A DNA stretch of 64,000 nucleotides, taken from contig JBKAGE010000045.1 in assembly GCA_046290225.1 (NCBI GenBank), positions 34,279 to 98,278 of the forward strand, in the 5' to 3' direction. Both the position numbers and the translations under genes were made by a program. The notes under the pieces were generated by a model that had not been told where the DNA came from, ran no database searches, and worked only from the letters and a program-made list of their open reading frames with translations. This DNA is from Bradymonadia bacterium. Lineage in GTDB: Bacteria > Myxococcota_A > Bradymonadia > UBA7976 > UBA1532. Shown here in pieces: positions 36,327-45,723 of the stretch (the first letter of the stretch is position 1; each line of letters begins with the position of its first letter).

Positions 36327-37357
36327 CGTTGCACCGCCTTCAGATGCTCATAGGCCTCCTGGGCCGAGCGATGGGAAGCCTCCGCCATCCGGTAGATCTG
36401 CTCAGCTCGAGCAAGCTCCTCGGAAGCCGCCTCGACTCTCTGGGCAAGCTCCGCCTCCACCTGCTCGGGGTGGGTCAACGCCGAGGCTTTGATGTCGCCG
36501 CTGAGGTACTGGGCCAACTCGTCTCGGGCGCTTCGGATCTCAGCCACCCGCTTGGCCACTTCTGGGCGGATCTGATCGAACCTCGCCCGGGCCTCCTCAT
36601 CACCCCGCAGGAACCGAGCGCCAGGCATCGAGGCGACGAGCAGATCTTCAAGGCGAGCCCGATCCTCAACCCCGAGCGCCTCCAGGCCCTTGCCGAGGAT
36701 GGTGGAGAGATCTTCCTGGTCCTGTGGGTAGAGCTGGCCGTGTTCTTCTTGGTTCGAGGTGATCATGCGAACGAGCTCCCCCACCCGCAGCGTCCACCTC
36801 GGCTCTGAGCCGGCGAACCTCGCCTGCCCCTCCTCATTGACCTCGAGCTGGCTGAGAAGCGTGATCACCCCACCTTGGAAGGCCCGCGAGCAGACCTCAC
36901 CCAGCTCTTCGATGAAGGCGTCGAGCTGGTTGTCTTCCTCAGCCCCCTCCCCAAGCACATCTCTGGCGAAGTCGAGGATGCTCAGCACGAAGGTGGTGGT
37001 GAGCTGCTCGACGCTGGGGATCGCCTCGCTCAGGCCATCGAAGGCACCCACCCGAATGAAGATGGGGGTCAACCCTTCGAGAGGGACCATGGCCCCGTGA
37101 GTGGCGCGTCTGGCCCATGCACGACCCTTGCGTAGGGCTCGCACCTGGTTGACCTTGGCCACCACCACATCGCGGGCCTCTTCGGGGTAGACAGGGCCAC
37201 CCTTGATGTCGAGGTGCTCGAAAACTTGGACCTCGAGCACGACCTCGCTGCCCCAACCCTCGACCGAAAACTCCATCCCCAGAGGGTGGGCCCACTCTGC
37301 ATTCAGACTTGCGAGGAAGCCTGAATCAATCAGCTCCCTCAAGGTCATGTTTCTCAC
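36323..37357 (-). CDS. Hypothetical phage protein, coiled-coil C-terminus
   Basis: 344-aa coupled ORF. Confidence 0.65.
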   Translation of the reverse strand: MRNMTLRELIDSGFLASLNAEWAHPLGMEFSVEGWGSEVVLEVQVFEHLDIKGGPVYPEEARDVVVAKVNQVRALRKGRAWARRATHGAMVPLEGLTPIFIRVGAFDGLSEAIPSVEQLTTTFVLSILDFARDVLGEGAEEDNQLDAFIEELGEVCSRAFQGGVITLLSQLEVNEEGQARFAGSEPRWTLRVGELVRMITSNQEEHGQLYPQDQEDLSTILGKGLEALGVEDRARLEDLLVASMPGARFLRGDEEARARFDQIRPEVAKRVAEIRSARDELAQYLSGDIKASALTHPEQVEAELAQRVEAASEELARAEQIYRMAEASHRSAQEAYEHLKAVQR

Positions 37358-37704
37358 GCTGCTTGCTCCTCATCTGCCGAGGTCAGACGCCTCAGCGCTT
37401 CGCTCTCGATGGACCATCCGGCTTCGATGTAGGCGCACACCGCCGCGGAGAAGCTCTCGTCGGTGCGTGCGCACCGCTCGTCGAGCCACTCGACACACTC
37501 AGTGGGTAGGCGAATGGTCGTCTTGCCCCCACCGTCGTCTCGACGGCGGCGCTTGAGCGGGCGGGGATCTTTGGGGGCGATTGTTCGCACGAGACTGATG
37601 AGGCGGCGGATCTCGCTCGCCACCGAGCAGCCATTGGTCGCAGCCTTGTCTGTCAATGCCTTGAGACGTATCTGACCCAGGCTCACGCTCACTCTGATCA
37701 TCAT
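37354..37704 (-). CDS. Putative double ribbon-helix-helix DNA-binding protein
   Basis: IRVSVSL...SVASEIRRLI and KTTIRLP...SFSAAVCAYI. Confidence 0.6.
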   Translation of the reverse strand: MMIRVSVSLGQIRLKALTDKAATNGCSVASEIRRLISLVRTIAPKDPRPLKRRRRDDGGGKTTIRLPTECVEWLDERCARTDESFSAAVCAYIEAGWSIESEALRRLTSADEEQAA

Positions 37705-37832
37705 GTGCAAGGCCCCGTATTCGGTGTTTGCCTGCACAAGAGCGTGGGGCACTGAACATTTGAACGGCGAATCCGGTTCCAGGTATATTGAGTACGCGGT
37801 CCGCGTACCGGGGCCGTTCAAAGGGGTAGACG

Positions 37833-38543
37833 ATGAGCAGCGCTGAATTCAGCTTGGAGATCCAGGAGGCCCCGCCCAGGGAGGGCAGGGGTGCTGGCGC
37901 TGGGTACAAGGTGGCTGGTCGCTCTTCTACGCGACGCCCACCTCGTCGAAGCGCTCACAGGGGTTTGGAGGGGCCGGTTCAGACCGCCTTCAACTTCGAT
38001 GTGCGACGTGTCCAAAAGAACAGGCAGCCGAGAACGCGCAGCGTCAAGACCAAGTCCAGGACGTGGCGCACCATCAGCGCCAGCGAGGCTCGCTCATACT
38101 TTGAGCAGGTCGATGATGATCATCTGGGCCATGAGCAGCTGCCGACGAAGCCCCGGACCCGAGCAGAGTGTGACTCTGTGCCCAGGCCGTGCCCCTTCGT
38201 CAGCTGCAAGTACAACCTGGCCATCCGGCTCAGCGACGGCGACATCAGGTTCTCGAGCGCACACACCGGCCACTCGCATGGGGATCAACGCACCCCGTAT
38301 CAGCGCCTCGAGGAGCTCATCAACAACGTCGTCGACGGCGTCCACGGTACCAACTGCGCTCTCGACTATGCAGACAGGGTCGCCAAGGGCGATCAGATGA
38401 GCACCGAATCTGTGGGCAAAGTTCTCGGTTACACCAGGGAGATGGTTCGACAGATCCAGAAGAGCGGGCTGCAGAAGATTCGCGCCAGCCTCGCTGAGAT
38501 GGGATTCGCAGGCGACATCAAGTGGGAAGATGAAGCCGCCTGA
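37833..38543 (+). CDS. Sigma70 region-4 HTH protein with Cys-rich domain
   Basis: PRTRAEC...RPCPFVSCKYNL...CALD...VGKVLGYTREMVRQIQKSGLQKI. Confidence 0.8.
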   Translation: MSSAEFSLEIQEAPPREGRGAGAGYKVAGRSSTRRPPRRSAHRGLEGPVQTAFNFDVRRVQKNRQPRTRSVKTKSRTWRTISASEARSYFEQVDDDHLGHEQLPTKPRTRAECDSVPRPCPFVSCKYNLAIRLSDGDIRFSSAHTGHSHGDQRTPYQRLEELINNVVDGVHGTNCALDYADRVAKGDQMSTESVGKVLGYTREMVRQIQKSGLQKIRASLAEMGFAGDIKWEDEAA

Positions 38544-38590
38544 GTAAGGCAACAACTGCTCCACACAGGAGCAAGAAAGGGGCAATAGAA

Positions 38591-38902
38591 ATGTCAGACA
38601 ATTGGTACATCCGGGGCTCGAAGCCCGACCGCAACTTCGAGGCCTTCCTCCTCGTCGCTGCTCCGTTTTTATTGGGCGCAGCCATCAAGCAAGACCGCAG
38701 CCTCGCAGTTGAAGGCTTGACCCGTGCCCTTGGCGCCGGCAGCGCTCAGAGCGAGCATCGAGTGAAAGATCGAGCCTCAGCCAACCAGCGCAACCAGCAG
38801 CTGGCCAAGCCTGTGGCCGATCTCATCAACGCCCTTTGGGATCGTCACGACCAGCACCGAGCACCCCTCAGTTCATCCGAGCGCGCACTTCGAGGGGGAT
38901 GA
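38591..38902 (+). CDS. Hypothetical protein
   Basis: Purine-rich SD region; overlaps the convergent gene by 35 bp. Confidence 0.4.
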   Translation: MSDNWYIRGSKPDRNFEAFLLVAAPFLLGAAIKQDRSLAVEGLTRALGAGSAQSEHRVKDRASANQRNQQLAKPVADLINALWDRHDQHRAPLSSSERALRGG

Positions 38903-39218
38903 ATCCCTTTCGAGGATGCACTCTCGTCCGACCATCGGGGTACGTCACCTCGAACTCTCCCCTGTACTTACCCGGGGCGTTGGTGAAATCCGCCGGTAGC
39001 AAAGCCTCGACGTCAGCTTGATCTGCATCGATCCGCGTGATGTCTCCATCCTCGACGATCTCAATGTCAGCTGCGGGATCTCCGTCCTCTGGCATGTAGT
39101 GGAACTTCAGGGTGGCATCGGCGAGCACGATGGGTGTCTCGTCGTTGCCAGTGGTCAGCCTGGCTTTCACTGTCGGCCGAGCCTCTCCGACTTTGAAATG
39201 TTGTGTGGCGATGCTCAT
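38868..39218 (-). CDS. BppU-like baseplate upper domain protein
   Basis: KVGEARPTVKARL...LADATLKFHY...GKYRGEFEVTYPDG. Confidence 0.7.
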   Translation of the reverse strand: MSIATQHFKVGEARPTVKARLTTGNDETPIVLADATLKFHYMPEDGDPAADIEIVEDGDITRIDADQADVEALLPADFTNAPGKYRGEFEVTYPDGRTRVHPRKGFIPLEVRARMN

Positions 39219-39631
39219 TCGTGCGCTCCTGTGTCTTCTGGCGTTACCTCTGCCTGCGCCGCACCACCAGCGGCATGAGCGTCTGCAGCCGAGCTTCCTG
39301 ACGCTGCTGCTTCCATCTCCTCGATGGTGAGCCCTGGGCGCCGTGGGGTCAGTTGCACCGACTCTCCAGATCGGGGCAGCACAATGCCGCCCTTGTCTTC
39401 GAGCAGCCAAATGCCCAGTGCCCGATCCGCAAGTGTGACTGTGCACTTCTCGTCGAAGGCCTCGACGAAGGCCTCGTCGACGACAAGTTCAACGTGCCCA
39501 TCCCCGATGATGAGCACGGTCGCCGGCGCTGCGATCACACCGAGGGAGAGCCGAGCCCACGGATCAAAGCCGCCACGGCTCGTGAAGGCCCCCAGTGTCG
39601 TCGCAGCCCATGGGTCCAGGCCCAGTGGCAT
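39215..39631 (-). CDS. Hypothetical virion-associated protein
   Basis: Coupled; LDPWA motif occurs twice. Confidence 0.5.
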   Translation of the reverse strand: MPLGLDPWAATTLGAFTSRGGFDPWARLSLGVIAAPATVLIIGDGHVELVVDEAFVEAFDEKCTVTLADRALGIWLLEDKGGIVLPRSGESVQLTPRRPGLTIEEMEAAASGSSAADAHAAGGAAQAEVTPEDTGAHE

Positions 39632-39633
39632 CT

Positions 39634-41871
39634 TCAGCTCTCCCGCGTCGAAGTCTGCTCGTTGCCGAGGTTGAGCTCGCGCACCACCATGCCGTTGTCG
39701 GCGGTGAACTCGACCTCGGTGGGCACCCCTGACTCGTCTTCTGAGATCACACGGCGCCGCGTGTTGCCGGTGGCCCCGACACGACGAGCGACGTCGTTCA
39801 CCTCGCCCTTGATGTTCGCCAGCGTGGCCTTCTCTTCAGCGCTCAGGCCGGATCCGGTGTTGACCTCGATGGTCCGCACAATGGCGCTCTCCCGCAGCTT
39901 CAACCGCGCGCCGGCGCCTTGGTCCCACGGATCACCCACGGCGCCCTCGAGGGAGACGTTGCCCACAACGTCGAGGACTCGATCCGCCTCAACGGTGATG
40001 CGCCAGGGGTGCTGGATGAAGATGGTGGCACCAGCGGCGGTACTGCCTTCGACCCTCACGGGGATCGGAAGGCCCAGGCGGGCCCCGTCAGCGCCGACAA
40101 ACCAGTCGGTGATGGCCGAGGCCAACTCCACTGCGTCGACCTCATCGAGGGTCGGATCCATCGAGAACCGAAAGCCTGTGGTGTCCACCGCTGAGAGCAG
40201 CCCGATCGGAGGAGCCTCATACACGCGGTTCGCCGACGGCGCAGCGGCGAGTGCCAGGGCCGTGGTGTTGGTGATGGTGGCCTGGGCGGCGACGGCCTGG
40301 GCCACAGTGCGCCCAGCAACGACCAGCACCACAGGAGCGTCGGTCCCCGCGGATCCGGCGCCACGCTGAGCGTTGTTGGCGTAGTCGTAGTTGAAGGTTG
40401 CAGATCCGGCACCACCCACCAGGCCTGCGATGGGGTTGCCCCCGGCGTCCTGCACGATGAGAGCTTGCTCGGTGCCGTAGTCGCGGCCCAGATCACCCCC
40501 GGCGTCGTCGGTGAGGAAGATCAGTGCAAAGCGGGCCTCCGGATCTGCCTGGGCCTCAGCGCCGAAGGTGATCGAGAGGGCCACCGAGGGCAGCGGCTGG
40601 AGTACTTCACCGTCGAGACCCTCGAAGATGGCGTCATCTGCACCCTGGCCCAGCCCCTCGAAGAAGACCCCCGGGCGCCCCCGGAGCTGCTCGCCTTGGA
40701 ACTCAGCAAGCAGGGGCTTCGTCCGGTTGGCCTCAAGGCGGAGCCAATACTGAGCGAAGGTGTACGCCTGCTGTGGTGTGCCCCCGTTGGCCTGCACGAT
40801 CACGTTGAAGCGCCCGGTGACACCGCCCACAGTTCGATCCACAGGCTCGGCAAGCTCGGCGACGGACATACCCAAGTAGAGAGCGAGGCTCTGCACCTCG
40901 GCGTCGGAGGCCACCACGTTGCCGTCGATGGCCACATTGAGGGTGAGGCCATAGGTCTGGGCCCTGAGGCTGCCAAACTGCTCAGCCACGTTGATCGACG
41001 CGAACGTCTTACCCGCGGGCCTCAGGCGCACCACGAAGTAGGGATCCGCCTCGGCTGACTCGGCTGTGATGTCGATCAGGTCATCGAAGGTGCCCGGTGA
41101 CAGGTCGAAGGGGGCCCCAGCGGCACCCAACTGGCCATATGCCTGGTCAGCCCCGTCGATGATGTTGAGGGCCTTCACGTTGGCATACTTCGCCGTCACG
41201 TCCGTGGGGTCTGGCCCGGACCAAATCTCAAGCCCGGTGCTGCGCAGGAAGGCGAGAGAACCAGCGGCGAAGGCCCACCCGTTGAAGAGCACGATCTTGT
41301 CCGGGGTTCTCGGGAGCAGTGGGAAGTCGATGAAGGGGTACTCGTCGACCAAGCGCCACAGGTCCTTGAGCCACGAGTAGAGCGCCGCCCCTGTGATGGC
41401 ACTCGCCAGGGTGAGCACCTTGGCCCCGGTGTCGAGGGTGACGCCACCGCCGGCCGAGCCCGGCACATACACCAGATCATCAGGCTCGAGGGGGAGGTCG
41501 ATGGTCTCCCCGGTGTTGGTCTGCTCCTTCACCGAGGACGCAGGCCGGTAGTCAGGGTGGAGGATGACCGCCTTGACCTCGGACCCCTCACCAGCACCGA
41601 AGAAGCCCACGTCTTCGATGACGGTGTCAGCTGAAACCGTGGGGTCGATGCCGCCGACGGCGAAGCCATTGATGACCCTGAACACACGCAGCTCTGCCCC
41701 GGTGACGCCCTGGGCAGGGGCGAGCGCCTTCCGAGCTCGCACAGTCAACGGAGCCAGGACGATGGGGTCGTTCTCGCCGCGCTGATTGGACCTGATGGTG
41801 AAGCCGTCCACCTTCACGGTGTTCGTCTTCGGGAGGAACGAGATGCTGAAGCCTGAGAGACGCCGTCGCAT
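39634..41871 (-). CDS. Putative tail fibre/structural protein
   Basis: 745 aa, Ala/Gly/Thr-rich, beta-prone; C-terminal GSGLSAEE coiled segment. Confidence 0.6.
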   Translation of the reverse strand: MRRRLSGFSISFLPKTNTVKVDGFTIRSNQRGENDPIVLAPLTVRARKALAPAQGVTGAELRVFRVINGFAVGGIDPTVSADTVIEDVGFFGAGEGSEVKAVILHPDYRPASSVKEQTNTGETIDLPLEPDDLVYVPGSAGGGVTLDTGAKVLTLASAITGAALYSWLKDLWRLVDEYPFIDFPLLPRTPDKIVLFNGWAFAAGSLAFLRSTGLEIWSGPDPTDVTAKYANVKALNIIDGADQAYGQLGAAGAPFDLSPGTFDDLIDITAESAEADPYFVVRLRPAGKTFASINVAEQFGSLRAQTYGLTLNVAIDGNVVASDAEVQSLALYLGMSVAELAEPVDRTVGGVTGRFNVIVQANGGTPQQAYTFAQYWLRLEANRTKPLLAEFQGEQLRGRPGVFFEGLGQGADDAIFEGLDGEVLQPLPSVALSITFGAEAQADPEARFALIFLTDDAGGDLGRDYGTEQALIVQDAGGNPIAGLVGGAGSATFNYDYANNAQRGAGSAGTDAPVVLVVAGRTVAQAVAAQATITNTTALALAAAPSANRVYEAPPIGLLSAVDTTGFRFSMDPTLDEVDAVELASAITDWFVGADGARLGLPIPVRVEGSTAAGATIFIQHPWRITVEADRVLDVVGNVSLEGAVGDPWDQGAGARLKLRESAIVRTIEVNTGSGLSAEEKATLANIKGEVNDVARRVGATGNTRRRVISEDESGVPTEVEFTADNGMVVRELNLGNEQTSTRES

Positions 41872-41873
41872 AA

Positions 41874-43274
41874 TCAGGACTCCGCAAGCTGGCCACTGAA
41901 GAGCAGGAAGTTCGCAGTCGTTGTCGCGCGCACACCCCAGTAGAAGTCAGCGTAGGCAATGGAGCCGGGCTCCACATCCTCAGGCGTCGTCACCTCGAGG
42001 CGCCGCGCTGTGAGGTTCGACCCGAGGTAGGAGTTCGCGGACCAACTCGCAGGCGATGCGGGGAGGGTAGCCCCGGCCCCGTTCACCTTCGTCGTGATGG
42101 GCCCGCTGAGCCCTGTCCCGCCCGCCGCCTTGTAGTAGACATCAATCCACGCATCGGCCGTTGTGGCTCGACCGTCGAGGTCGTCGTCGAGGAGAAGCTC
42201 GAGGGCAATCGTCACCGGCGCTGCCTCGGTGTGCTGCAGTTGCTGCTCGAAGTCGGTGTGTAGTGGTCGTGTGGGTGAAATCTGATGCTCGACCGTCGTC
42301 GGGTAGAGCGCCAACGAGAACGGCTCACCATCGAGGTTGAGCCCCGCAAGCGTTGGCTCGTTCGACAGTGAGGCATCAAGGATGCCCTGAGTCCGGCCAG
42401 AGACCTGCCTGAACTGCCCATCCACAATGCACGTGTAGACGCCGTTGTCTGTCTTGTTGGTGACGTTGTTCGGGTGGCGCGGCTGCATCAGGCCGATGTT
42501 CGACGCGTCGCGCACAAACACGTTGGCCCCAACCTCGAAGAGGAAGTCCTCGGCCCGTGCGTTGGTGACGGTCACGCGGTGGATTCGGATCCGGTTCCCG
42601 CCGTCGAAGTTCGAGAGGCCACCTGCCCGAATGTACCCGCTCGAGTATCGCTCCGAGGCCAGGTCAGTGATCTCGATGACCAAGTCTTTGATGATGGCGT
42701 AGTTGCCATAGTCGCGGATGTTGAGGCCTGGGCCGTTGTCATTGTTCCGACCATGAGCCAACTCAAGGCGATTGATGTAGACCGCGCCGTTGAGCTGCCC
42801 ATCGACCACGTTAACGTAGCGAGCACCGAGAGAGGTCGGGTTGCCCTCGCCTCGGATGGTCACCATGTGAGTGGAGGGTCCCTGAAGTTGGATGAAACCG
42901 AGGCCATCTCCGCCTGGCTTGTAGGACGTGATCTTGGCTCCGGGCGTGTTGCTCCAGGTGTAGATGTACTTGGGGAACTCCAGCCGGTGGCTGTAGAAGG
43001 TCCCGAGCTGAACCCGCACCTCGACATCCATGATGCCGTCTATCTCGCCAGGGTCGGCGACCCGGAGCATGAAGAGCGCGCTCTCAGAGCCATACTCGTG
43101 GATGAGGAAGTTGTTGTTCGCGACGAAGACCCCGCCGGAGATGGTGGCGGTGTCGGCCGCAGCGTTGAAGGTGCCGTCCCACCCCCCGTTGCCCTGCAGG
43201 AAGTCCTCCTGGTTGGCCGGAGTGTTCGGAGCGAGCCCGTTTCCGGCGGCGCCCCAGGCGAAGAAGTAGTCCAT
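41874..43274 (-). CDS. Putative tail spike/receptor-binding protein
   Basis: Asn/Gly-rich, beta-helix-like composition. Confidence 0.5.
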   Translation of the reverse strand: MDYFFAWGAAGNGLAPNTPANQEDFLQGNGGWDGTFNAAADTATISGGVFVANNNFLIHEYGSESALFMLRVADPGEIDGIMDVEVRVQLGTFYSHRLEFPKYIYTWSNTPGAKITSYKPGGDGLGFIQLQGPSTHMVTIRGEGNPTSLGARYVNVVDGQLNGAVYINRLELAHGRNNDNGPGLNIRDYGNYAIIKDLVIEITDLASERYSSGYIRAGGLSNFDGGNRIRIHRVTVTNARAEDFLFEVGANVFVRDASNIGLMQPRHPNNVTNKTDNGVYTCIVDGQFRQVSGRTQGILDASLSNEPTLAGLNLDGEPFSLALYPTTVEHQISPTRPLHTDFEQQLQHTEAAPVTIALELLLDDDLDGRATTADAWIDVYYKAAGGTGLSGPITTKVNGAGATLPASPASWSANSYLGSNLTARRLEVTTPEDVEPGSIAYADFYWGVRATTTANFLLFSGQLAES

Positions 43275-43277
43275 CGC

Positions 43278-43529
43278 TCAGCCCTCCCCAGGGTGACGGG
43301 CTGCCACAGCAATGCAGCACTCGAGCAGGGTCCCAGCCTGTTCCCAGGAGCCCTGGCTCACCCTCGTTCCATCCTCGATGCGCGTGAACAGGTAAGGCTC
43401 AAGGCCCATGATGGCCATCGCTGCTTCGTCTACGGAGACTTCGCTCACGGTGGCTCCACCTTGCCGGTCCAGCACGTCCACCAGGGGGTGTTTTGTTGAT
43501 GCGTCCATCACCTCAAATCGCCAATCCAC
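43278..43529 (-). CDS. Hypothetical protein
   Basis: GAGG SD; fills the gap. Confidence 0.45.
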   Translation of the reverse strand: MDWRFEVMDASTKHPLVDVLDRQGGATVSEVSVDEAAMAIMGLEPYLFTRIEDGTRVSQGSWEQAGTLLECCIAVAARHPGEG

Positions 43530-43541
43530 AGGCCACCTCTT

Positions 43542-44198
43542 TCAACCAATTTTCAGGATCGAAGAGCCGGCCGATGGCACTCGCTCTCGAAGATCAACAT
43601 CAGATCCATCCGGCGCCTGGTTGCCCCAGATCTGCCAGCCTGGGGCTCTCTCCCGAGCAAACATCTCAAGACGCGCCACATCACCACACAGCTCGACGAT
43701 CCTCTGCCGGAAGACATCAGGCTTGGCGCTGTGGGCCCCACGGGGTGCATAGATGGCCTCGGCCTCTGCGCCGGCGGCCTCCACAATCTGACTCACGCTT
43801 CGAGACTCGACCTTCGGAGATCCCCGAGTGCCCAGCAGTAAGATCTCGGCATTGGCTCGGGTGTAATGGCCCATGCCCGTCACCGGTGTCCCAGCCTTCG
43901 GGTTGGTCTTCACCCACACGAAGCCGCAGGTCTTGTATGTGAAGCCCCACGCACTGAAGACGCTGAGCGCCTCAGTCAGCAGCGGCCACGTCGCCCACAG
44001 AAAGAGGATGGCGTCGTCCTCCGCGACACCAGCAACGTCGAGGCCTTTGATCCAGTCGATGCTCTGCGTCGGGTATTTGTGCTGTGCGCCCCGCTTCCCC
44101 GCGTCGCAGGTGTCCCGATACGCCCACGGCGGATCTGCGTAGATCACGCTGAAGCGCGGACAAGGGTCGACATCCAAGAGTGCGAGTTGCGCGTTCAT
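43542..44198 (-). CDS. MT-A70 family adenine methyltransferase
   Basis: VIYADPPW, LFLWAT, WGFTYKT, HSAKP, LEMFARE, WGNQ. Confidence 0.95.
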   Translation of the reverse strand: MNAQLALLDVDPCPRFSVIYADPPWAYRDTCDAGKRGAQHKYPTQSIDWIKGLDVAGVAEDDAILFLWATWPLLTEALSVFSAWGFTYKTCGFVWVKTNPKAGTPVTGMGHYTRANAEILLLGTRGSPKVESRSVSQIVEAAGAEAEAIYAPRGAHSAKPDVFRQRIVELCGDVARLEMFARERAPGWQIWGNQAPDGSDVDLRERVPSAGSSILKIG

Positions 44199-44280
44199 GG
44201 CTAAATCCTGTGTGTCTCTTCGCCGGGATGGCGAAACCTGTAATGGATAGATGGGTGGGGATTGGGTGGCCGGGTAGCCT

Positions 44281-45723
44281 CTACCAGGGGATGGGCTCCT
44301 GCTCGCCCCCAACGACAACCGGCTTGCGCTCTGTGACGCGGTTGGTGCTCAGGTCGATGTTCATCAGCGCCGAGCCGAGGCCGCCCTCTCTCCCCTTGGC
44401 CTTGATGACCTCGAGGAGCCGACAGCCCTTGTCCTGTGTGTAGTAGGCCGGGCGGTACACGAAGAGAATGTCATCAGCCACCTGCTCGATGACGCCCGCT
44501 CCCTCGAGGTCCGACATCCGCGGGCGCTTGTCGTCTCGATCTTCGAGCTTTCGACTCAGCTGGGCCAGCAGCATCAGTGAGCAGCCTGTACTGGTGAGGG
44601 CCTTGAACTGCTTCACCAGCGTCGGCAGACGCCCATACTTGTCCTTGCCCAGGGACAGGTCCATCGCGTGGAGATGATCGAAGACCACTAGGCCAAGCGG
44701 CAGCCCGGAGCGCGCTTGGATCTGCTCGAGGTGTAGATGAACGTCGCTCATCTGGCCCCTGGGCAGATCGACAAACCACGTGTTGCGCATGGACTGCAGT
44801 TCCACAGTGGAGCGCATCAACTCTTCCATCTCGCCAGCGTTGACTTCACCGCGGTTGATGGTCCTCATCGGCACCCCAGAGAGGCTCGCCGCGGAGCGGG
44901 TGTAGTAGGGGAACACCGGCGTCTCCAGGCTGAAGAAGACGTGCGCCCTGTCTGTGTAGCGAGCAGCCACGTTGAGGAAGCAGTTGTTGGCCAGGGTCGT
45001 CTTCCCCATGGATGGTCGCCCACCCATGATGATCATCTGGCCCGCCTTGGCCCCGCCGGTGGCGTTGTCGAGACTCTGGAAGCCGAAACTCATGCCCTCC
45101 ACGAGCTCGCCGGCTCTGCGGTTCTCGACCTTCTGTCGAGCCTCGGCGAGGCCTTGCGTCGCCATATCTGCGAAGTTGTGAAGAGGGCTCGCCCCGCTCT
45201 TGCTCTCACCCAGCGCGAGGATCTGCTCCTGGGCAGTGCGCAAGATCTCAGCAGCTTTGTGGGGGGAGCCCTTCGCCGCCGCTTCCTTGATGGCCTCGGC
45301 CACCGCATCAAGGCGCCGCAGCTCAGCAGCCTGGGCGATGAAGCTCGACAGCTCCTTGCACGAGTTGCCATCCCCGGCCTGGGCCACCAGTCGATCTACC
45401 CAGCCCTGGCTCTGGCCCGTGGCGTCCGCGAGGGCCACACTCGTGAGTCGGCTACCTACTGTCGAGATCTCACAAGCCTCCACGAAGGCCCGACGCAGGA
45501 TCGCATCTGAGAAGTCCTCTGGGCCGAGTAGAGATCTGGCCAGGGGCAACTGCACACCACCATCGCGGATGATCTGTCCGATCAGTTGCCGCTCGGCTCG
45601 CCCGATGTGGGCATTTCGATCTGCACGCTCAGGATCTGGCCCTCGAGCGTGCATCTGGTCTTCGAGGGCGATGGAGTTGCCCGGGTTCTCTCGAAGGTGG
45701 TCGTCAAAGTCAGCGCTGCTCAC
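44281..45723 (-). CDS. dnaB: DnaB-like replicative helicase
   Basis: GGRPSMGKT, FSLE, LAQLSR...DKRPRMSDL...IEQVAD. Confidence 0.95.
   Translation of the reverse strand: MSSADFDDHLRENPGNSIALEDQMHARGPDPERADRNAHIGRAERQLIGQIIRDGGVQLPLARSLLGPEDFSDAILRRAFVEACEISTVGSRLTSVALADATGQSQGWVDRLVAQAGDGNSCKELSSFIAQAAELRRLDAVAEAIKEAAAKGSPHKAAEILRTAQEQILALGESKSGASPLHNFADMATQGLAEARQKVENRRAGELVEGMSFGFQSLDNATGGAKAGQMIIMGGRPSMGKTTLANNCFLNVAARYTDRAHVFFSLETPVFPYYTRSAASLSGVPMRTINRGEVNAGEMEELMRSTVELQSMRNTWFVDLPRGQMSDVHLHLEQIQARSGLPLGLVVFDHLHAMDLSLGKDKYGRLPTLVKQFKALTSTGCSLMLLAQLSRKLEDRDDKRPRMSDLEGAGVIEQVADDILFVYRPAYYTQDKGCRLLEVIKAKGREGGLGSALMNIDLSTNRVTERKPVVVGGEQEPIPW

Noticed and set aside
39634..43274. Diversity-generating retroelement or tail-fibre invertase system
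   Set aside because: No reverse transcriptase, TR/VR pair or invertase seen in the window.
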